NCBI GenBank assembly: GCA_964536215.1
Contig: CAZHWT010000001.1
Coordinates: 15,671 to 79,670 of the forward strand
Direction of reading: 5' to 3'
Source: an uncultured Candidatus Saccharibacteria bacterium
GTDB taxonomy: Bacteria > Patescibacteriota > CAZHWT01
DNA length: 64,000 nt
Shown here piece by piece: positions 27,405 to 37,756 of the stretch. The position numbers and the translations under genes were made by a program. How positions within the stretch are numbered: position 1 is the first letter of the stretch; the number at the start of each line of letters is the position of its first letter. The notes under the pieces are model-generated. The model was not told the DNA's origin. It did not search any database and saw nothing but the letters and a program-made list of their open reading frames with translations.

Positions 27405-29123
27405 CTAAGCGATGACTCGGAGCACTTCTTCAAAGGTTGTCAGCCCCTCTAGTACCTTAAGCATACCGTCTTGTTTCATCGTAATCATGCCAGCCGCAAC
27501 GGCTTCGGCCTGAATTTTGTCAGCTGACTCGTGTTGCAATATTAAGCGGCCAATCTTGTCGGTTACTTCCAGCACTTCATAAATACCCGCTCGGCCTTGA
27601 TACCCCAGGTTATTACATTCGGAACACCCTTTTGGCATATACACTACTGGCTGCTTAGAGGCGGCCTCTTTTGGCATAAGCGGGCCAAGAATCTCTTTTA
27701 TCTGCTGCTCAATCTCAGGGGTGATGGGGGTGGGGACACGGCACTTAGGGCAGAGCTGACGAACTAGTCGCTGGGCCATAATGACATTTACCGATGAGGC
27801 TACCAAGAACGGTTCGGCACCCATATCTAGCAAGCGAGGCAGAGAGCCAGCAGCTGAGTTGGTGTGCAGAGTAGAGAGGACCAAGTGACCGGTTAAGGAG
27901 GCTTGGATAGCCAATTCCATAGTTTCACCGTCACGAATCTCACCAACCATTATAACGTTAGGGTCTTGTCGCAAGATAGAACGCAATCCTGAAGCGAAGG
28001 TGAGGCCAGCGGCGGGGTTGATTTGAACCTGATTAACACCGGCTACTTCATATTCGACTGGATCTTCGAGGGTGATTATATTGACCTTGACCGAGTTAAG
28101 CTTGGTAAGAGATGTTCGTAGCGTGGTCGTTTTACCAGACCCAGTTGGTCCGGTTACCAAAATAATACCAGCCGTTTTAGCTAGAGCGGTTTCGAACGTT
28201 TTTAGGGCATTACCTCTAATGCCGAGTTCTGCAAAGGTTGGCACACTGGCATCTTTACGCAATAGTCGCATAACCACCTTTTCGCCCTTAGCGGTGGGCA
28301 AAGTCGAGACACGCAGGTCAATTTGTTGCTCGCCGACCTGAATTTGAAAACGACCATCTTGCGGGACGCGCTTTTCATCAATTTTCATATTGGACAAAAT
28401 CTTAATGCGAGAGACAACCGAGTCGTGGACTTTATTGGGAAGCACCAATCGTTCCTGCAACACACCGTCAATACGATAGCGGACCCGAGTGTTTTCTACG
28501 CCAGGTTCAATGTGCACGTCAGAGGCGCGCGATTTGGCAGCGTATTCGAGCATAGTCGAGACAATGCGGGCCACTGGAGCGTCGCGGATAGCTTCGTCAA
28601 TTTTGCTAATGTCTTTAATTGATTCCTCAATCTTGGTCGTCTCCGTCTGAGCCTCGCGCAAAGCGGCACGGACGTCTTTATCGATTGACTGGGCATAGCT
28701 GGTTTCGATAGCGGCCTGAATTTCTTCCGCCGGGGCCACAAATGGCTTGACTCGCATACCACTCTTGGTTTCGAGGAATTCAATAACCTGCAAATCCAAT
28801 GGATCCGACATGGCTACCTGGATTTGGCCGTTATCAATACCAAAAGGCATGAGCACGTAGTGCTTGGCTACTGCTTCGGGGATTTTTGACAAGACTTCTA
28901 CACTAATAGCCTGTCCTTTTAGAGTAACGTAGGGAATATTGAGGATCTTGGCTTGTGCGCCAAGGATATCTTTTTCGCTAGCCCAGCCTTTGGATAAGAG
29001 AATTTCTCTTACCTGCTTACCAGTGTTAATCTGCTCAACCTTAACTTGAGAGACCTGGTCAGCGGTCAAGACCCCTTGGGCAGCGAGAATATCTTCAATG
29101 GTGTTGGCAGCAACTTCGGGCAT
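27405..29123 (-). CDS. pilB: Type IV pilus extension ATPase PilB (GspE family)
   Basis: ASDVHIEP, PQDGR, GPTGSGKTTT, LRQDPN, tetracysteine Zn motif. Confidence 0.96.
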   Translation of the reverse strand: MPEVAANTIEDILAAQGVLTADQVSQVKVEQINTGKQVREILLSKGWASEKDILGAQAKILNIPYVTLKGQAISVEVLSKIPEAVAKHYVLMPFGIDNGQIQVAMSDPLDLQVIEFLETKSGMRVKPFVAPAEEIQAAIETSYAQSIDKDVRAALREAQTETTKIEESIKDISKIDEAIRDAPVARIVSTMLEYAAKSRASDVHIEPGVENTRVRYRIDGVLQERLVLPNKVHDSVVSRIKILSNMKIDEKRVPQDGRFQIQVGEQQIDLRVSTLPTAKGEKVVMRLLRKDASVPTFAELGIRGNALKTFETALAKTAGIILVTGPTGSGKTTTLRTSLTKLNSVKVNIITLEDPVEYEVAGVNQVQINPAAGLTFASGLRSILRQDPNVIMVGEIRDGETMELAIQASLTGHLVLSTLHTNSAAGSLPRLLDMGAEPFLVASSVNVIMAQRLVRQLCPKCRVPTPITPEIEQQIKEILGPLMPKEAASKQPVVYMPKGCSECNNLGYQGRAGIYEVLEVTDKIGRLILQHESADKIQAEAVAAGMITMKQDGMLKVLEGLTTFEEVLRVIA

Positions 29124-29251
29124 AAGGCTAGTGTCTGGAATCTAGAAAATAGAAAATAGAATCTTCTAACTTCGCGGATTGACTTGTTTCATTATTCGTT
29201 CTTTGTACGTTATTTAAGGATATAATAGGATTATTCGGAGGATTGTGTCAA

Positions 29252-29917
29252 ATGTTGCAGAGTATAATTTTAATTGATCCAGAGGCGATTTTAGCGGCCA
29301 AGCCAGACAGCAACACGCTGGTCGTTGAGGTGCCGGAGGATAAAAAGGAGATTAGCGTCGATCAAATCCGTTCATTGGTCGCCTGGGCTGGGCAATTTGG
29401 CTTTGCCACGGGAGCCAAACGGGCCATTATCTGCCAAGCACAACATCTGAGTTTGGCTGCTGCCAACACCCTGCTTAAGACGCTCGAGGAACCAACTGAA
29501 CAAACAACCCTCATATTGACGGTCGACACGGCTGGAAGTCTGCTGCCGACTATCCGGTCACGTTGCGCCGTGTATCGAGTAGACGAGCTATCACAGGATC
29601 AACTAGCCGAGTGGGGACTAGAGCGACGACCGCCAACCGAGGCAGAAGTTCCCCTGAGTTGGTCAGACTTTGCCGCTCAACCTGCTTTAGCGCGCTGGCA
29701 AACCGTCGAGGAGTGGCTCAAAGCTAAGCAGGACATGAAGACTGTACTGCGAGCGTGGCAACGGCAACTTCATCAGTCGTTATCCACCGCGGAAGATGAC
29801 ACTTTGGAGCAGGTTATAGCTAGGGCCAGCCTACTAGATAGGTCGCTCCGCGATTTAGAGGCAAATAGCAACCCCAGGCTCGTCTTTGACGAAGTGTTAT
29901 TGGCTATTGAGACATAG
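29252..29917 (+). CDS. holB: DNA polymerase III delta-prime-like subunit (shortened N-terminus)
   Basis: ISVDQIR, AANTLLKTLEEP, LLPTIRSRC. Confidence 0.8.
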   Translation: MLQSIILIDPEAILAAKPDSNTLVVEVPEDKKEISVDQIRSLVAWAGQFGFATGAKRAIICQAQHLSLAAANTLLKTLEEPTEQTTLILTVDTAGSLLPTIRSRCAVYRVDELSQDQLAEWGLERRPPTEAEVPLSWSDFAAQPALARWQTVEEWLKAKQDMKTVLRAWQRQLHQSLSTAEDDTLEQVIARASLLDRSLRDLEANSNPRLVFDEVLLAIET

Positions 29918-29929
29918 TTGATTGATGGC

Positions 29930-29964
29930 TAATCGCTAATCGTTAATCGCTAATCGTTAATCGT
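29930..29964. repeat. Tandem heptamer (TAATCGY)x5
   Basis: Reverse complement of the GATTAGC array at 54677. Confidence 0.9.
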
Positions 29965-30020
29965 ATATCGTAAACCCCGATTTAATCGGGGTAAATCGCA
30001 CCTTGCTTTTGAACAAGTCA

Positions 30021-30056
30021 ATGTACATACACGTGTACGTACACGTGTATGTACAT
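30021..30056. repeat. Perfect 36-bp alternating purine-pyrimidine palindrome
   Basis: ATGTACATACACGTGTAC|GTACACGTGTATGTACAT. Confidence 0.95.
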
Positions 30057-30400
30057 CGGGCATAGGGATTCTCGATCGGGTCGAGAATGACAGGAGGGGG
30101 AAGGTAGAAGTTTGAAGTGCGAGTTACGGGAACGAATAACGAATAGACGAATAACGAAAAAACTAATAGCCAAGTAGCTGATACCTAATCGGAAAGTTTA
30201 AGCGCCAGAGGCAATGGGGGAGACGCTCATTTCGTTACCGAAGAGTGGACGGGAGACCTAGGTTGTGGTACAATACTCTTAAGCGAAATATACCCGAAAC
30301 TATCCCAGATATTCCCTTGTTTTGACTGTCCCCAAAACGGCTTGTGTTTATTGCTTGCTTTACGCATGTGATAAGATTTAATCTGACTTTACTTACTTAA

Positions 30401-32368
<1,968 letters not shown>

Positions 32369-32506
32369 TACGAATGATGATTGGTTTATGGTTTTTAGTT
32401 TATAGTTTTTAGTTGCTACGAATAGCCGAAATTACCAATAGCTAATGACCATAAACCATAAACTACGAACTGTAAACCGCAAACCATAACCTAAAAACTA
32501 ACCACT

Positions 32507-35218
32507 ATGTCAGAAGAAGCAACTAACAACCAAGACCACATGATTAATAACGCCGGACGAATTGTCGAGGCGCATATTAGCGAGGAAATGAAGAAGGCCT
32601 ATCTCGATTACGCGATGAGCGTTATTGTGGGCCGTTCCTTGCCAGATGTGCGCGACGGACTTAAGCCCGTTCATCGGCGAATTTTGTATGCCATGTTTAA
32701 GGATCTGGGCTTGACCCATGATCATAAATATTCCAAGTGTGCCGGTGTAGTTGGCGAGGTAATGAAAAAATATCACCCGCATGGAGACATGGCTATTTAT
32801 GACACCCTGGTTCGGTTGGCGCAGGACTTTAACATGCGCTATATGTTAGTGGATGGCCAAGGCAACTTTGGCTCAATCGACGGCGACAGCCCAGCGGCCA
32901 TGCGATATACCGAATGCCGCATGCGCGAGATTGCTGAAGAAATGCTGCAAGACATTAATAAGCAGACGGTAGATTTTATGCCTAACTACGACGGCGAGCA
33001 CCAAGAGCCGCTGTATTTGCCGAGCGCGTTGCCAAACTTGCTCCTCAATGGCTCTGACGGCATTGCCGTAGGTATGGCCACCAAAATTCCGCCGCATAAC
33101 CTGGGTGAGGTAGTTGATGCGTTAACGTATACCATTGACCACGGCCGACCAGAGGCGCCCGCTTCCCAAGATCAAGATGATTCAGTCGAAGAATTGCTAG
33201 ATCGCGCTAGTACTAGCGCGGACATGATTGTGGACACAGAAGAAAATAGCGAGACGGGTGGGGTAGAGATTACCAAAGCTAGGGCTCAGTTTACATCGGA
33301 TGTGACCGTTGATGAACTGATGCAGTTTATTCAAGGGCCAGACTTCCCGACCGGCGGGATAATCTATGACCAAAGCGAGATTAAATCGGCCTATGCCACG
33401 GGTAAGGGGCGGATTATTATGCGGGCTATTGCCACTATCGAAGAGGCTAAGAACGGTCGGTTTGCCATTATTGTTACAGCGATTCCTTATCAGCAGAATA
33501 AGGCTCTATTGGTGGCCAAAATTGCTGACTTGGTTAAAGACAAAAAAATTGACGGCATCTCCGACTTGCGCGACGAGTCCGACCGCGAAGGTATGCGGAT
33601 TATGATTGAGCTAAAAGCTTCGGCTAACCCACAAAGTGTTTTGAATAAGCTGTACAAGTACACGCCCATGCAGATGGCCTACAGTGCTAATATGATTGCG
33701 TTGGTTGACGGACAGCCACAGGTTTTAACCCTAAAGACCGCTTTAGAAGAATACATTAAGCACCGTCAGTCAGTGGTGATTCGCCGGACCGAATTTGATT
33801 TGGCGGCCGCTCGCCGTCGCGCTCATATTCTTGAGGGACTCAAGATTGCCCTCGACCACTTGGACGAGGTCATTACCACCATTCGTCAAAGCTCCAGTCA
33901 GGAAGATGCCAAGCAACAATTAATGTCCAAGTTTGGTATGACCGAAGTACAAGCAGTGGCCGTACTTGACCTACAGTTGCGCCGCTTAGCCGCCTTGGAG
34001 CGACAAAAGATTGAAGACGAGCTCAAGGCTACCCTAGCACTCATTGCTGAGCTAGAAGGCATTTTGGCCAGCCCGGAAAAAGTCTTGCAGATTGTTAAGG
34101 ATGAGCTCATCGCCTTGAAAGAAAAGTACATTGACGAGCGTAAGACTAAAGTAATTAAGGGTAAGGTTGGCGAGCTTTCGGATGCTGACCTGGTGGCCGA
34201 CGAAGAAGTGTTAGTAACTCTGACCAAGAGTGGTTACATTAAGCGCTTGCCGCCAGCTACCTATAAATCGCAAAACCGCGGCGGTAGGGGAGTAGCGGGC
34301 ATAAAACTGAAGGAAGAGGATGTTATTTCTCATATTCAAGTTTGTCGGACACATGACGATATTCTGTTCTTTACCAATAAGGGTCGCGTATTTAGTCTAA
34401 AAGTATTCGAGATCCCAGAGAGCTCTCGACAGGCTAAAGGGCAAGCCATTGTTAACCTCATCCAAATTGAACCAGGTGAAAAAGTCACAGCTGTCCTGAC
34501 TCAAACCCAAGAAGGTAAGATTCTGGAAGCCGGTGATGACGCGGCTCAGACGCCGGCGCCAAAATACTTGTTTATGGCGACGTTGCGAGGCACGGTTAAA
34601 AAGACGGCCTTGACCGAGTACAAAAATATTCGCAAGAGTGGCTTGACGGCTATTCGCCTGCTGGGCGACGACGAACTAGCTTGGGTCCGACCAACTTCTG
34701 GCGACGATAATATTATTATGGTTACCCGAGATGGTAAGGCTATCTACTTTAAAGAAAGCGATGTGTCTATTACTGGCCGAGCCACGGTGGGTGTGCGCGG
34801 TATTCGCTTAGCTAGCGGCGATGAGTGTATTGGTATGGATGTGGTGGCAGCCAACACCTCCGGCAAGGAAGCTGCCTTATTGGTAGTATCTGAACATGGT
34901 TACGGCAAGAAAACCTATGTTGGTCAATATTCATTGCAAGGCCGAGGCGGACTCGGTGTCCTCACCTTCCGGATTAGTGATAAAACCGGCAAGCTAACGG
35001 TAGTGCGCTTAATCCAAGCTGATGAAACGGCTGACATCCTGCTAACTTCTGTGCAAGGTGTGGTGATCCGCGAGCCACTCAAGGATATCCCCACCATCAG
35101 CCGCCAAACCAGCGGGGTTAAGATGATTCGACTTGCCGCCGGCGACAGAGTGGCCGCCCTGGCCTATCTGCCCGAAGACCAAGCAGAACAAGTGCCCGTG
35201 CAAGACGTAGTCGAATAA
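32507..35218 (+). CDS. gyrA: DNA gyrase subunit A
   Basis: DGLKPVHRR, YHPHGD, AAMRYTE, GyrA-box QNRGGRG, beta-pinwheel repeats. Confidence 0.97.
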   Translation: MSEEATNNQDHMINNAGRIVEAHISEEMKKAYLDYAMSVIVGRSLPDVRDGLKPVHRRILYAMFKDLGLTHDHKYSKCAGVVGEVMKKYHPHGDMAIYDTLVRLAQDFNMRYMLVDGQGNFGSIDGDSPAAMRYTECRMREIAEEMLQDINKQTVDFMPNYDGEHQEPLYLPSALPNLLLNGSDGIAVGMATKIPPHNLGEVVDALTYTIDHGRPEAPASQDQDDSVEELLDRASTSADMIVDTEENSETGGVEITKARAQFTSDVTVDELMQFIQGPDFPTGGIIYDQSEIKSAYATGKGRIIMRAIATIEEAKNGRFAIIVTAIPYQQNKALLVAKIADLVKDKKIDGISDLRDESDREGMRIMIELKASANPQSVLNKLYKYTPMQMAYSANMIALVDGQPQVLTLKTALEEYIKHRQSVVIRRTEFDLAAARRRAHILEGLKIALDHLDEVITTIRQSSSQEDAKQQLMSKFGMTEVQAVAVLDLQLRRLAALERQKIEDELKATLALIAELEGILASPEKVLQIVKDELIALKEKYIDERKTKVIKGKVGELSDADLVADEEVLVTLTKSGYIKRLPPATYKSQNRGGRGVAGIKLKEEDVISHIQVCRTHDDILFFTNKGRVFSLKVFEIPESSRQAKGQAIVNLIQIEPGEKVTAVLTQTQEGKILEAGDDAAQTPAPKYLFMATLRGTVKKTALTEYKNIRKSGLTAIRLLGDDELAWVRPTSGDDNIIMVTRDGKAIYFKESDVSITGRATVGVRGIRLASGDECIGMDVVAANTSGKEAALLVVSEHGYGKKTYVGQYSLQGRGGLGVLTFRISDKTGKLTVVRLIQADETADILLTSVQGVVIREPLKDIPTISRQTSGVKMIRLAAGDRVAALAYLPEDQAEQVPVQDVVE

Positions 35219-35221
35219 ACA

Positions 35222-35989
35222 ATGTCCGTGTGGGGTAGACTACTATTCCGACCTTCCGAAAGCTATCGCTCCTATTTAGGTCCGCTCCTCAAAGCGAGCT
35301 ATTGGCAAGTGCGACTGTGGGCTTATCGGCTGTTAGACTCTTGGCGCTACCGAGCTATTCCAGCCAGGGTTGAAGTTTCTGGCGTTCCGCATTTTGGCCA
35401 GTTTGAATCGGCCAATCTGACTGACCAATTTTTTGACGGCCGCTTACGTGCAGTCGATGATCCTAAATGGGCTACTTCTGGCGCGGCGTCAGCTCAAGAG
35501 TATGCTGACTGGGTGTGGCATATATGCGGCGTAACCTGTTTTAAAATGATTTTAGCTCATGCCACTGGCCAGGTTATTCCGACGATAGCTCTGGCCAAAG
35601 GGTGCCAAGAATTCGGGGGATACGTCAGAAGTAAGTCTGGAGTGATTAATCCCAAAGGATTGCATTACGATGCATTCTGTAGGTTTATTGCTGAACGATT
35701 CGGTTGGACGGGGAGGGTAGTGGCGCCTCTAACCGTTAAACGGATGCAGGCGGAGCTGTCCCAAAGTCATTATGTTATTGCTTCCGTACATCCGTCTATT
35801 CACCAGCCAGCCACTCAGCCACCTGCCCGAGGTGGACATTTAGTCCTAGTTACGGGGTATAATGCTAAGGATAACAGCATAACCTACTCTGATCCTTGTG
35901 GTAGGCCGGGTCGTCAAGACGCTGTTGTGATTAGCCAGGAAGATTTTGGCCGTTTCTTTGCTCACCGGGGCATTGTCTTGTGGCCATAA
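35222..35989 (+). CDS. Peptidase C39-like family protein
   Basis: ICGVTCFKM (catalytic Cys), GGHLVLVTGY (His), YSDP (Asp). Confidence 0.75.
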   Translation: MSVWGRLLFRPSESYRSYLGPLLKASYWQVRLWAYRLLDSWRYRAIPARVEVSGVPHFGQFESANLTDQFFDGRLRAVDDPKWATSGAASAQEYADWVWHICGVTCFKMILAHATGQVIPTIALAKGCQEFGGYVRSKSGVINPKGLHYDAFCRFIAERFGWTGRVVAPLTVKRMQAELSQSHYVIASVHPSIHQPATQPPARGGHLVLVTGYNAKDNSITYSDPCGRPGRQDAVVISQEDFGRFFAHRGIVLWP

Positions 35990-36065
35990 GATTTACTATA
36001 GCTGCCCATTTATATACTGGATGCCTCTTTGGCATTGCCAGTCAAAACAGTGTAAGATGAGCACT

Positions 36066-37118
36066 ATGAAGCATATTTCAACCGAAGAAGCTACAAACCA
36101 AGCCACGCCTATCCGACAACTACTAGCGGCATCTAAAGAAGCCGAGCTAGAGGTGGCCGTTGATGACCACATTATTCGCTTGACCGAACTGACCAAGCCT
36201 TTGTGGACCCTGCTAGACGTTCACGAGTCTCGTATTATTACCAAGCGGCAGTTAATTGAATACTATGTGTCCGTGTCGCCTTACCTCTTACCGCTTTTGA
36301 AAGACCGCCCCTTGGCAATTAAACGTTACCCGGATGGGGTGGGGGAGAGTAGCGTGCTGCAGCGGTACTTTGATGAAGTGCCCGAGTTTGTTGAAACAGT
36401 AGAGATTTGTAGCGATGGCGATGGCAACAATCGGCCGCACATCCTAGGGCAGAACTTAGCCACTCTAGTCTGGCTGGCTGACCTGGCGGCGGTCGAACTC
36501 TACCCCTGGAGCTCTCGTGTCGATGCTGCAGGCACTAGCTTGCCGACTATTTTTATCAATTCTATGGGTACGCTAGAAATGAGTGTACTTAACTATCCGG
36601 ACTGGTTAGTTCTTGATGTTGATGCGGCTGAGCCGGATCCAACTAAAGCCTTTGAGCGATCTCAACAGGCAGCTTTATGCTTACATGAACACTTGAGCTC
36701 GTTGAATTTAAGGCATTATGTCAAATTAAATGATCAAGCCAGCTTGCAGGTAATTGTCCCAATTGTCCGGCAATACTCCTACGACCAGGTGCGACAAGCT
36801 GCGAGGCGGATAAGTGAGATAATGGCCGAGCAATATGCAGATATTTTTACCAATGAGTGGCACGTCGAGCGACGCCAGGGTAAAGTCTTACTCGATTGGC
36901 AACAAAACACTCGAGCTAAAACCCTGGCCTCGCCGTATTCAGTACGAGCTACTGAGATAGCCACTGTTTCGCTGCCACTCGACTGGGACGCTTTAGCCAC
37001 AGTTAATCCGACTGAGCTGAGTCTTGACCGTATTCTGGCTAAGCCAGCTTTACTTACACCTCAACCGTGGTCCGACATTTTATCTCATCCCCAACAATTA
37101 CCTGCCGACTTGCTCTGA
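36066..37118 (+). CDS. Stand-alone LigD polymerase (AEP primase-polymerase) domain protein
   Basis: ITKRQLIEYY, LKDRPLAIKRYPDG, PDWLVLDVD, RQGKVLLDWQQN, SPYSVRA, VSLPLDW. Confidence 0.85.
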   Translation: MKHISTEEATNQATPIRQLLAASKEAELEVAVDDHIIRLTELTKPLWTLLDVHESRIITKRQLIEYYVSVSPYLLPLLKDRPLAIKRYPDGVGESSVLQRYFDEVPEFVETVEICSDGDGNNRPHILGQNLATLVWLADLAAVELYPWSSRVDAAGTSLPTIFINSMGTLEMSVLNYPDWLVLDVDAAEPDPTKAFERSQQAALCLHEHLSSLNLRHYVKLNDQASLQVIVPIVRQYSYDQVRQAARRISEIMAEQYADIFTNEWHVERRQGKVLLDWQQNTRAKTLASPYSVRATEIATVSLPLDWDALATVNPTELSLDRILAKPALLTPQPWSDILSHPQQLPADLL

Positions 37119-37212
37119 TACTGTTTGTTTTGTCGGGCATATCGCTATCCAGTGCCCTCAAGCAGAATCGACTGCGGCCAATCTGAACATCTCTATCTAC
37201 CAGCATCAACTG

Positions 37213-37248
37213 AAGTACGTACACATGTACGTACATGTGTACGTACTT
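37213..37248. repeat. Perfect 36-bp palindrome, RY-alternating core
   Basis: AAGTACGTACACATGTAC|GTACATGTGTACGTACTT. Confidence 0.95.
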
Positions 37249-37431
37249 GCGCAAATTACAAAACTCCTACTTTCAGTGCTGTCATTCAATACGATGGATT
37301 TTAGTTTATTACTATGATAGCTAAATATTTATCATTCCTTGCCGCTAAAAGTATGTATCGAACGGCTACTTAAGCCGATGTATACACCACTTGCAAAAAC
37401 CATAAAATTTTAGGTCGATTTGAGCAGAAAT

Positions 37432-37497
37432 TTGACAAAATAGGGGAGAGTATTGTATACTACTTATATCTTGATGCCGCTAACCAGCGGCTTTTTT
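37432..37497 (+). promoter_or_regulatory. Promoter followed almost immediately by a terminator hairpin
   Basis: TTGACA-18-TATACT, then GCCGCT-AACC-AGCGGC-TTTTTT. Confidence 0.55.
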
Positions 37498-37756
37498 CGT
37501 GCCTTTTTGCATCTGCTTATTTTATCTCCTTTCTGACCTTACGCAAATCACAGAATTATAAAACTTCTTCGGAATTGCCTACATTTACAGCCACTAAGAC
37601 TTATCGGTATAGCTAGATTAACCGTCAACCGAGGGGAGGATGATTGAACGGTAAGAAGTGAGCAGGCGTGGTGGCGATGAGCCCGTGTTGTGGTCTGTGG
37701 TGGGACAGGTAGGTGCCGATCAGGAGAATTAGTCAAAGGGGGACATGGGTCATCGC

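Noticed and set aside
30066-30092. REP-like hairpin ATTCTCGA-TCGGG-TCGAGAAT-GAC as evidence of a mobile element
   Set aside because: Single short copy with no associated transposase or nuclease in the window; insufficient support.
37024-37317. ORFs containing YVHMYVHVYV on both strands
   Set aside because: Artefact of translating the 36-bp palindrome.
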